Made by a program: the position numbers and the translations under genes | Part shown: in pieces, positions 26,235 to 34,080 of the stretch | Numbering within the stretch: position 1 is the first letter of the stretch | Layout of the letters: every line of letters starts with the position of its first letter | Origin: Candidatus Zixiibacteriota bacterium | GTDB lineage: Bacteria > Zixibacteria > MSB-5A5 > JAABVY01 | NCBI GenBank assembly: GCA_014728145.1 | Contig: WJMC01000141.1 | Coordinates: forward strand, 1 to 50,727 | DNA length: 50,727 nucleotides | Direction of reading: 5' to 3' | Notes under the pieces: model-generated | The model's input: only the letters and a program-made list of their open reading frames with translations | The model's database searches: none | Told to the model about the DNA's origin: nothing

Positions 26235-26837
26235 TCATTCTGCTTTGGGCTGAATACTGCGGGCAAATTCTATCAGGTTTTCCGCGATCTTTTCGGCGAC
26301 TTCCGCTTCCATATCGGCAAATATAGTAATCTGCCTCGGATGAGAAATCGCCAGGGCAGGTTCGGCACTGGCATCGAGATCGAGATAGGCCAGCGCGCGC
26401 GAGCCGTTGCGTGAAGTCGAAAATCTTTCGCTGGAGACGATTCTTTCCAGTTTCGAATCTATCACCCTCACCTCGGCCTCAAAGCGGTATTTTCTTTTGT
26501 GCGCTTTGAAGACCGCGGGAATTAAAGTCGAAGACTTGATTTTAGAATCCGCCTCAACGACGTCGATCAGAACGATGTAGCGGACATTGTTATCGACGGC
26601 CCTGCGGATACGTGCTTTGAGATCATAATCCACCGGCGCGTATGGATCGCGGGCATGACCATTAAGGACAAGATCGAAACCATTGATTCCAGAGAGTATA
26701 AACTCCAGGCGGGTCTCGAGATTGTGATCGAGGTAGCCTCTTTCGGGTCCCTGCACCTCGAGCATAAACTCTGTTGCAAAAGCGTTAGATGTGACACAGG
26801 TTATGACAATTATCGTAATAGCAATCGTTTTGAACAT
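26235..26837 (-). CDS. exported protein of unknown function
   Basis: Signal peptide 'MFKTIAITIIVITCVTSNAFA'. A GAGGGAG SD site lies upstream. The ATG at 26837 shares one nt with the upstream stop (TGATG). I recognise no family. Confidence 0.5.
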   Translation of the reverse strand: MFKTIAITIIVITCVTSNAFATEFMLEVQGPERGYLDHNLETRLEFILSGINGFDLVLNGHARDPYAPVDYDLKARIRRAVDNNVRYIVLIDVVEADSKIKSSTLIPAVFKAHKRKYRFEAEVRVIDSKLERIVSSERFSTSRNGSRALAYLDLDASAEPALAISHPRQITIFADMEAEVAEKIAENLIEFARSIQPKAE

Positions 26838-27355
26838 CACTTCGACTCCCTCAGCTTTTGGGCGAAAACATGTTTTAGGAGCATCTTACGAATCTGTTCG
26901 TCGAAACTGAAGGCGTTGTCACCCAGGGCTTTAATAGCATCATCGGGCAACTCGGCGCGAAGCTGTTCTACCGTCATGAATTCTATTCCGACCAATGGCT
27001 TTTCCTCGGCGTCTTCATCGTCGACTCGCTTGACCTTGCCAATTATCCCGGACAAGGTTTCGGTCTGACAGAGGGTGAATTTCATCATGACGAAATCTTC
27101 TTCAGATACAGGGAAGTCAGATTCGATCAGCACACCGCCCCCGGAGATATTTAGTATCCGGCCGTCGCTGAGCTGTTTTTCATCCATTGAAGTATCCGGC
27201 TTATAAGGGTCGAACTGCTTGAATTGAATCGGCGAATCGACATCCAGGCGAACGTAGCGCCGGCGTTTGTGATGGTAGACCCGAAACGGCTTCCGGGTTT
27301 TCTGCTGAGACTGCGCCCCCTTGTTCTTACTACGGGCGGCTTGACGAGATGCCAT
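26837..27355 (-). CDS. PilZ-domain (c-di-GMP receptor) protein with a basic N-terminus
   Basis: 'RRRYVRLDV' (RxxxR) and 'DGRILNISGGGVLIES' ([D/N]xSxxG). GGAGGA SD site. Confidence 0.75.
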   Translation of the reverse strand: MASRQAARSKNKGAQSQQKTRKPFRVYHHKRRRYVRLDVDSPIQFKQFDPYKPDTSMDEKQLSDGRILNISGGGVLIESDFPVSEEDFVMMKFTLCQTETLSGIIGKVKRVDDEDAEEKPLVGIEFMTVEQLRAELPDDAIKALGDNAFSFDEQIRKMLLKHVFAQKLRESK

Positions 27356-27365
27356 ACCTGTCCTC

Positions 27366-28130
27366 CTAAATCAAACCTTTTTGTCGCAACTTAACCTGAT
27401 AGTTAAAAACATATTGCATAAGCTTTTGCTTCTTCTTCAAATCGAACTTCATTAGATCAGCAGGGATCTTTTTCTGGTATTCCGGTTTAACAATCTTGGC
27501 TGAATCCTCAAGCGGTATAAACTGTACACCGGCTCGGATTCGATCGTCCCTTTCCGCTTCTACCAGCCTCCTGACTATTCCCAAAACTGGATGAGGGATC
27601 CTCATCTCCGCATCAATGAGGGATACTGCAAGAAGATCATCTACCCCCAGCACTTTTTTAGATTCAAACAGTATTCCGGAGGCCGAGAGGTTAATACTTA
27701 TCCCGGAATATTCCTTCAAATCATCGATTTCGTACTCGCCCTCGAGGTACTTTGTCAGGATTATGAAATTTACGCTGAAATCAACATCCACACGGCAGTC
27801 CCCCCGTCTCTGGAGACGGTAGACAGATTTTGGATACCCGGCTATATAGTATCTTCTGCCTTTTTCCGACAGGCTATTGATAATCGATGTTTTAAATCGA
27901 TATGCCCCGTCCTCGCGGAAGATAGTAACCAGAAACGGTTCCATCACATCGAAGGAAGGCTCACCGGCCATCCATATCGGACGATCGATCATAATCCCTT
28001 CCGGACGCATATCCTCCACGCGGGCGGAGTATATACCCTTGCTTTCGTCACTGCCCCACTGGAGCTCAAGGCGTTCCCAGAGTTGCAGTTTGATGTTTTC
28101 CCCTATGGTGCGTGTTTCAAGCGGGCTCAT
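27366..28130 (-). CDS. YcgR-like flagellar-brake type protein (PilZN + PilZ)
   Basis: N-terminal YcgR-like barrel ('LQLWERLELQW...GIYSARVEDMRPEGIMIDRP'), then 'RRGDCRVDV' (RxxxR) and 'GISINLSASGILFES' ([D/N]xSxxG). The ATG at 28130 has GGAGG about 14 nt upstream and overlaps the upstream gene by 14 nt. The track's start at 28292 is rejected. Confidence 0.7.
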   Translation of the reverse strand: MSPLETRTIGENIKLQLWERLELQWGSDESKGIYSARVEDMRPEGIMIDRPIWMAGEPSFDVMEPFLVTIFREDGAYRFKTSIINSLSEKGRRYYIAGYPKSVYRLQRRGDCRVDVDFSVNFIILTKYLEGEYEIDDLKEYSGISINLSASGILFESKKVLGVDDLLAVSLIDAEMRIPHPVLGIVRRLVEAERDDRIRAGVQFIPLEDSAKIVKPEYQKKIPADLMKFDLKKKQKLMQYVFNYQVKLRQKGLI

Positions 28131-29319
28131 TGGCTGTCTGTTTTGCCTCCTGGAGGTTAAGTTTTCCCTGCTCCATAGCCATTTCGAATATCTTGCGCGC
28201 CAGTGCGGTGCGGGATTTATCGCCCTTGTTCTGATGGATATATTCCTGGGCGAGCTTGATGGCTGTATTGAAATATCCTTTGGCTTCATCATGACTGCCG
28301 ATGCGTCGTGAAAGTTCAGCGATCAGGTACACCGCCTGGATAGACTGGTTGCCATGAGAAATTTCACCACCGGTTTCATAAGCGGCCTTGTAATAATCAG
28401 AAGCGGATTTAAGCGCCTCCTGCTCAGATAATGGAACTTCCACCCACATCGATTTGGCTTCACGAAGGAAATTGCGATAAGAATCAAATGACATGAAAGG
28501 TTGATCCATAGGGGAAGCTGAATCCGTATGACTGTTCATGACATCAGTCGATAATCCCAGACTGCCTTTGAAGGTGACCACCGCGCCCTTTTGCTTTTCG
28601 AGGGCGGCCTTCATTTCTTCAAATCCCTTCTGGTATTGCTCCATCAAGCTGGCCCGGTTGTCGCCATCCGGGAAAGAACTGTCATTCATGAAGTTATCTG
28701 TGGCTTTTTTCAAATCCTCAGCTCCGGCTCTGATCTGCTCGTACTGGGATCCCATCCGGTAGATCAAATCCTCGATTCTCATCGCATGACTGGCCAGCTG
28801 GCTGGTATTCTGGCTGGAACCATCCGAAATTTCGCGGAACAGCCAGCCGATCCGGAGAAAATAGCGCCCCAGGTCGAGGTTCGAGAACTTCATATTGAAT
28901 TTTTCGTCGTATATTCCCAACAGGATTTTATTGACAGCTGTCTGAAAAGGATACTTTTCACCATCGAGGTTTTCGCCTAAGAGCTTGATAATATTCTTTT
29001 TACGCTTGACCTCGTTTTGATGTTTTTCCTGCAGTGGTTTTTGTTTGTAGTTACGAAAAGCTGAGTCACTTTTCCAATCCTTGAACTTGGTTGTAAACTC
29101 CTTCGTGAAGTGACACCCTGCGCAGGTTGCCATAAAGAACAAGAGCGGGTTGAACTTCTGATAGTTGGGGTTTTTCCAGGTTCTTTTCTTGGGGCAAAAA
29201 TCGGTATCCCGGCCTTCTTCAATATAAGCTCCCATACGAAGGGTCTTATGCTCGTTTTTACCACCACAGACCGGGCATTCCCATTTCGATAAATATACGG
29301 GTGAGTCATTGCTTTTCAT
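28117..29319 (-). CDS. DUF2225-like zinc-ribbon / TPR-like protein (enlarged, 400 aa)
   Basis: 'WECPVCGG...' and 'FFMATCAGCHFT' form a CxxC...CxxC ribbon. The C-terminal 'AVYLIAELSRRIGSHDEAKGYFNTAI' matches the DUF2225 'YLiGELyRRlG.yeeA..wF..vi' signature as I recall it. An insert of about 150 aa separates the two parts. Confidence 0.6.
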   Translation of the reverse strand: MKSNDSPVYLSKWECPVCGGKNEHKTLRMGAYIEEGRDTDFCPKKRTWKNPNYQKFNPLLFFMATCAGCHFTKEFTTKFKDWKSDSAFRNYKQKPLQEKHQNEVKRKKNIIKLLGENLDGEKYPFQTAVNKILLGIYDEKFNMKFSNLDLGRYFLRIGWLFREISDGSSQNTSQLASHAMRIEDLIYRMGSQYEQIRAGAEDLKKATDNFMNDSSFPDGDNRASLMEQYQKGFEEMKAALEKQKGAVVTFKGSLGLSTDVMNSHTDSASPMDQPFMSFDSYRNFLREAKSMWVEVPLSEQEALKSASDYYKAAYETGGEISHGNQSIQAVYLIAELSRRIGSHDEAKGYFNTAIKLAQEYIHQNKGDKSRTALARKIFEMAMEQGKLNLQEAKQTANEPA

Positions 29320-29331
29320 AACACGTTCCTT

Positions 29332-32300
29332 CTATTGCTTTACTGACATCTTGCGTTTATTGAGTTCTTTCAGAAATTCCTTTTCCAGGCCGGAAACGGC
29401 CTTCTTCTTCTTATTTTCCTCGGCCAGTTGGGCCAGTTTATCCAGTCTCAATCTGGGCTGGACAGCCCCTTCGGAGCGTTTCTTGTGAAGATCCAACAGG
29501 AATCTGGCCATGTCCTCGGAGGACACCTGGTCGGTCGAGGTCACCGCTGACTGCTCCTGCGTTTCAGGCTTAAGCTCTTGATTCGATTTGTCTTGTCCCA
29601 GAAGTTTTTCGGGTGATTTGAGGATCAGTTTGCGTTTTTCCGATGTCTTCTCCGTCTTGGCGGAGCTGTCTTCGGTTTCAGATTGAGCCAGTTTGCTAAT
29701 CAAATTTGAAGCTTTATCGGAGATCGTATCCAGTATAGATTTAGATTTTTGTTTTTTCGGTTTCTGGCTGACCGGTGCGACCTTTTTGCCTGATGCTGGC
29801 TTGCCATCGACAAACTTCTTACCGTCCAGAAGCTGGCGAAGCTTACCCATCGCCTTCAGACGAGGCCACTTAGACTGGGTGCGGTTGAGGTGGATAAAGA
29901 TCGGGTAGAGCGATTCTTCATAGAAGCGGTCGTATTTGTAGATCGTCGCCAGGAGTTCGCCGGATGGAAACACAGTGCTCAGGTGCCGGCTGATGGTAAT
30001 ATCGTTCCAGTGCTTCTGGGGAAAGTCGAAATAGCGCAACAGACCTTCTTTGTACTTCAGCAGGTTTCCCACCGCAACGCTGTTCTCACGCCCGTAGATA
30101 CCGCGGAAACGATCGATAAGCTCAAGCGCTTCATGTTTTGATTGTGCCTGGCTGATCAGGTCCAGCAACTTGGAGGCGGCATTCTTTTTAGAGGCCGTAA
30201 TCCGTCGCAAAACCCTGCGCTTGATATTGTTCCAGCAGTACTGCTTTTCTGCGCGAGGGAAAATTCTGGCCAGTTCCGACCAGGCCGCCAGGTCCGGTGC
30301 TCCGACGAACAGGCGCGGATTGGCCAGCCCCCTCTTTTCCAGGTCCATCAATGTCTTCTTCCAGTCCTCGCCGGAGGTCGGATCACCTTCGGTCAGTGCC
30401 AGAAGCTTGCGTTGTCCGGTCGCGTTTGCGCCGATCACCGCCAGATAATGCTTGATTTTTCCGGTCGGATGGGATTTGTCAAGGCAGGAGTCAAGCCAGA
30501 TATAGGGAAAGCGCGATGAGGAAACCACCTGGTCAAAGTACTCATTATAAGCTTTCTTCCAGTCATAGATCACCTCGTCGAGGCTGGACTCGTCGAGATT
30601 GTCGATATTGCCCACAAGATCGCGCAACGCTATCTCGACATCCAGAGACCATGGTTTTACAGGCTTGTTGCTTTTAACTTCATAGTAGCTGGTTTCGGAA
30701 TCCGGAATCTTCTCGAACTCTTCATCATCCGGAGTTACGAGATCGTCTTTGAGCTGATCCACCATACCATCCGCAGAAAACTGCTCGGACTCTAATCCGG
30801 TCTCTTCAAACTCACTTTCAGATTTTTTCAGCTTTTCGGTTTGGTTGTTTAACCTCTCCAATTCAGCTTTCTGTTCGATTTCCATTCCGGAATTCTGCTC
30901 CAGTTCAGCCTCTTTCTGGGCCCTGACCAGCAGTTCCTCGATCTCGTCATCATCGTCGTCGTCTTCCTCATCGAAATGAATATCCGACGTTTCATTCAGC
31001 TTTTGAGTATCATCAGGATCTTCCTCGATGACCTCCTGCTCGGCAGTCATCATCACCAGATCGACAGCATCTTCCGGGATATCATCCTGGGGGTCTATCT
31101 GATCGGAATCTTCGACAGGATCTGTACCGACCTGCTCGGTTATCTCTTTTGTGGAATGAGCCGGCTTGTCTGTATTCTCTTCCGCCAGGATTTCTTCCAT
31201 TTTATCGATCGATTCTTTTTCCCGCACAGCAGAATCGGATTTATCCAGTTTAAAAGTCGGTCGCGAATCGATAATCCTCTGCTTGAGATCTGCATCCGCG
31301 GTTTCAGCTCTCTGTGGTTCTGGCTTTCTTTTTATTTCACCGGAAACCGCTGTTTCACTATGCTGTTTCGGTTGTACAGTTTCAGTTTTGCTGGTTTCTG
31401 ACTTGACCACAGGTTTTGATTCAGTAACTGCTTTGCTTTGGAGAGCTTCTTTCGACGCTTCTGCCTGTTTGCGTGCAACAGTCTTTTCGGGTTGCATCTT
31501 ATGGGAATGCTTCTCAGGGGAAGAATTGACCTGTTCCTGCTTGTTATCTTTTCTGGTTGCCTTCCCGGGTTCATCGTCAAACGCCTTCAGGGGCGCTTTC
31601 GGCTCGGAAGGTCCCCAGGGCTCATCTTCCGGAATCTCTGTCAACTGCGCGCCCTCGGGCAACATCTCCCTGTAAAAACGGGAGATCACATCCGGAATAG
31701 CGTCCTTGCCACTCCGTTTCGAGGAGGCTCTGGAAGGTCGGGCTGACGGCTTGTCAATTCGAGACTGCGACTTCGTCTGCTTTTTAGTCTCGCTCGCTTT
31801 CGCTTCTTCATCAGCAGTTTTTGCTTTGGAAGCAGGCTTTGTTTCAATCTCAGGCTCTTCATCCTGATGGCGCTCGCGATCGAAGTCACGATAAAGGCGT
31901 GCGATCAGATCAGGGATTTTTCTTTTGACACGGCATCTCTGAATATCGGTATTGAAATCATCCTCATCGAGGTCACCTTCGCCCAAAGTCTCCCTGGCAG
32001 GCTTGCCTTCATTTGAAGAAACGAAGACGGATTCTTGTTCGGGTTCACTATTTTGTTTACCAGCTTCAGTCTTTTGCTCAATTTCCTGGCTGTCTGTTAG
32101 GGATGTCGCTTTTTCTGTTTTCGTTTTTGAGACATCAGGCTGTACCAGATCAGTTTTTGCAGGAGTTTCTTCATGCTCGGAAGCTTCAACCTTCTCAGGG
32201 TTGAATGATTTTATCCGATTTTTCTCCATACGGGCCTGTCTCTCAGAATCGAGCAGTTTACTCGCAACTACTTTTTTCTCGACCGCTGGTTTGCCGGTTC

Positions 32301-33690
32301 TTGCATTAGTCAGGTTATCGTAAGTCTCCTGGTCGAGGCCATGATAATCTGTCGTCTCGCTAACTTCAATCCGGCTGGGTTGCCAGCTTTTAACTTCGTC
32401 GCTATGCTCATGTTTAATGCTCTTGCTCTGGCGAATCAGGACGGGTTGATCAGTCTCAGATTTATCAGCTTTAACAGGAGGCTGTTTCGATTTAACCTCA
32501 GCATCAGTTTGATCTGTTTTGGGCTCTTTAGTTTTGGGTTCTTTAGCCTCAGGCTTAGTTTCCAGCTCAGGCGCAGACTTATTTTCCGGCTCAGGGATGG
32601 ATTCTTCTTCCGTTTCGGATTCGGTTTTCACCTCGGGATCGTCATCGGCCCTTATGATCCTGGCCGGTTCGGTTTTCACCTCGCTCGGTTTGACCAGCTT
32701 GAGGAGCCACTTGGCAATGGTTGAAACCGCGGACTCATCTTTTTCCGAGTCTTCAGTGTCTTCGCCCAGCTCCTTAGCGGCACTATCTTCTAACTCTTTT
32801 GTGAGCGACGCTTCAAGTTCAGAAGCAGTCAGTCCGGCCTTGTCCTCTGGCGCAACTGTCAACGACTGTGCTTCATCTTCCGCTTTGGCCAGTTCGACTG
32901 TCTCGGTTTCAGTCTCATCCTGAGTTCGGTCCTCTGTGGCAATCGGAGTGGCATTAGTTACAGTTTTTTCGGCTTCGGCCGCTGAGTCATTTCGGGCTTC
33001 CTCTCGATCATCCTGGTTTTGCGAAGTTTTATCAGCAGTCTTCTCTCCCAGGATCCTTTTGATTATCTCCTGCTCTTCACCGACAGAGCGACTTTCGGGT
33101 TGAGTATAGGAAGACACAAAGGTTTCGTTTTCAGGCTCAGCTTTGCTATCACCTGTTTTCTTTCGAATTTTCCTCGATGCCGGAATTACAGGTTCCTGCT
33201 TGGCGGCCGACAACGGCGCAAATTTCAGATTCTGCTGATTCTTATCTTCTTCACTGGTCTGAACAGTTGGCTTTTGGGCATAGGTTGTGGCAGATGTCGA
33301 ATCTTCTGCCACGGTTTTCACGGACGGGTCGGTGACGAGTTTAAAATATTTGTTGTAACCCCGGGCGGTTGGTTTGCGCCTGGTTAACGCGGCACCGGAT
33401 TGCATTGCCGACCTGGTCGCGATAAAGCTTTTTTCGGCTGTATGCCGATTCTTCTCTGACTGCTGCTTTTTTAACTCAGTAATGCTGTTGATCCCGCTTG
33501 ACTGCGGGGTCGGTGTTTTCTTTTTTCCGCTCGACGTCGATCTTGGCGATGACCTGCTGACCGCCCCCTTTTTGGTTTTGGGTTCAGTTTGGGTTTTACG
33601 AGTGCGTTTCGTTTTGGCTTTCGCCTGCGCAGATTTTCTGCGGTTTTTGGTCGCAGATTTTCCGGATTTTTCCATGCTTTTAGTAGCCAT
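29332..33690 (-). CDS. 1452-aa low-complexity protein (basic N-terminus, about 950-aa acidic/Lys-Thr-Ser-rich region) with an embedded Mutator/IS256-type transposase-like domain and a Lys-rich C-terminus
   Basis: Uninterrupted 4.36-kb ORF with a GGAGAGG SD 8 nt upstream of the ATG. It sits 12 nt from the next gene and inside a co-directional operon. The domain evidence is given in the 29956-30582 feature. Confidence 0.7.
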   Translation of the reverse strand: MATKSMEKSGKSATKNRRKSAQAKAKTKRTRKTQTEPKTKKGAVSRSSPRSTSSGKKKTPTPQSSGINSITELKKQQSEKNRHTAEKSFIATRSAMQSGAALTRRKPTARGYNKYFKLVTDPSVKTVAEDSTSATTYAQKPTVQTSEEDKNQQNLKFAPLSAAKQEPVIPASRKIRKKTGDSKAEPENETFVSSYTQPESRSVGEEQEIIKRILGEKTADKTSQNQDDREEARNDSAAEAEKTVTNATPIATEDRTQDETETETVELAKAEDEAQSLTVAPEDKAGLTASELEASLTKELEDSAAKELGEDTEDSEKDESAVSTIAKWLLKLVKPSEVKTEPARIIRADDDPEVKTESETEEESIPEPENKSAPELETKPEAKEPKTKEPKTDQTDAEVKSKQPPVKADKSETDQPVLIRQSKSIKHEHSDEVKSWQPSRIEVSETTDYHGLDQETYDNLTNARTGKPAVEKKVVASKLLDSERQARMEKNRIKSFNPEKVEASEHEETPAKTDLVQPDVSKTKTEKATSLTDSQEIEQKTEAGKQNSEPEQESVFVSSNEGKPARETLGEGDLDEDDFNTDIQRCRVKRKIPDLIARLYRDFDRERHQDEEPEIETKPASKAKTADEEAKASETKKQTKSQSRIDKPSARPSRASSKRSGKDAIPDVISRFYREMLPEGAQLTEIPEDEPWGPSEPKAPLKAFDDEPGKATRKDNKQEQVNSSPEKHSHKMQPEKTVARKQAEASKEALQSKAVTESKPVVKSETSKTETVQPKQHSETAVSGEIKRKPEPQRAETADADLKQRIIDSRPTFKLDKSDSAVREKESIDKMEEILAEENTDKPAHSTKEITEQVGTDPVEDSDQIDPQDDIPEDAVDLVMMTAEQEVIEEDPDDTQKLNETSDIHFDEEDDDDDDEIEELLVRAQKEAELEQNSGMEIEQKAELERLNNQTEKLKKSESEFEETGLESEQFSADGMVDQLKDDLVTPDDEEFEKIPDSETSYYEVKSNKPVKPWSLDVEIALRDLVGNIDNLDESSLDEVIYDWKKAYNEYFDQVVSSSRFPYIWLDSCLDKSHPTGKIKHYLAVIGANATGQRKLLALTEGDPTSGEDWKKTLMDLEKRGLANPRLFVGAPDLAAWSELARIFPRAEKQYCWNNIKRRVLRRITASKKNAASKLLDLISQAQSKHEALELIDRFRGIYGRENSVAVGNLLKYKEGLLRYFDFPQKHWNDITISRHLSTVFPSGELLATIYKYDRFYEESLYPIFIHLNRTQSKWPRLKAMGKLRQLLDGKKFVDGKPASGKKVAPVSQKPKKQKSKSILDTISDKASNLISKLAQSETEDSSAKTEKTSEKRKLILKSPEKLLGQDKSNQELKPETQEQSAVTSTDQVSSEDMARFLLDLHKKRSEGAVQPRLRLDKLAQLAEENKKKKAVSGLEKEFLKELNKRKMSVKQ
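29956..30582 (-). other. IS256/Mutator-family transposase-like core (aa ~1037-1245 of the giant ORF), probably catalytically dead
   Basis: By-eye alignment to IS256 Tnp:
- 'FPYIWLDSCLDK' vs 'YPYLMTDVLYIK'
- 'YLAVIGANATGQRKLLAL..GDPTSGEDWKKTLMDLEKRGLANPRLFVGAPDLAAW' vs 'HIAIGITKDGDREIIGF..SGESEETWTTFFEYLKERGLQGTELVISDAHKGLV'
- 'FPRAEKQYCWNNIKRRVL' vs 'FTNVSWQRCQVHFLRNIF'
- 'FDFPQKHWNDITISRHLSTVF' vs the '..TTN.IE..' motif

The first Asp is present. The second Asp is displaced and the Glu is replaced. No flanking inverted repeats were noticed. Confidence 0.6.
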
Positions 33691-33783
33691 GACTTAACCT
33701 CTCCTATTATCAGGCTGTTGGCGCGGCTAATCCGGTCTGCCATCTGCCGGAAATCATTGCGCCGACCTGTCCGCCTGATCTTC

Positions 33784-34065
33784 CTATGCCTTTAAGTCTA
33801 TGCTCAACTGTTGATTATTTTTCTTGTCCGATTTTTTCTTTTTCTTCTTTTCCCTGCGTTTTTCTTTCTCTTTCTCACGATGGATGATGGCCTCGTCGGT
33901 CTTTGAAGACGCCTGTGTCTTGCGCTGTCGCTCAGCCGCCTGGTCTGACAGCGAAAGCGAAAACTGTCTCTGGGCGGCGTCCGGCGCGGACTTCTCGATC
34001 TGGTTGACCTTTTCAGCCGCGACAGTCTTTGACAAGTTATCCGATATGTCGATCGGACGGACCAT
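33784..34065 (-). CDS. 93-aa basic protein with a Lys-rich tail, function unknown
   Basis: A GAGGAGA SD lies 5 nt upstream of the ATG. The gene starts 15 nt after the fliA stop. The C-terminus reads 'REKEKEKRREKKKKKKSDKKNNQ'. Confidence 0.55.
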   Translation of the reverse strand: MVRPIDISDNLSKTVAAEKVNQIEKSAPDAAQRQFSLSLSDQAAERQRKTQASSKTDEAIIHREKEKEKRREKKKKKKSDKKNNQQLSIDLKA

Positions 34066-34080
34066 CTTTTTCTCCTCGGT

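Noticed and set aside
29956-30582. Transposase-like sequence as an active IS256-family mobile element
   Set aside because: It is in frame within a 1452-aa ORF with coding sequence on both sides, and I saw no terminal inverted repeats. Two of the three DDE residues appear lost. It is treated as an exapted domain and not as a mobile element.
33691-33783. Sigma-28-like -10 box 'GCCTGATAA' about 20 nt upstream of the giant ORF
   Set aside because: It has one mismatch in the core and no TAAA-like -35 element at N15 or N16 (the sequence there is GGATTAGC). That is too weak to call.
33784-34065. Calling the 93-aa ORF after fliA the anti-sigma factor FlgM
   Set aside because: I could recognise no similarity to the FlgM C-terminal sigma-28-binding helices. 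Only position and size fit, so it is left as unknown.
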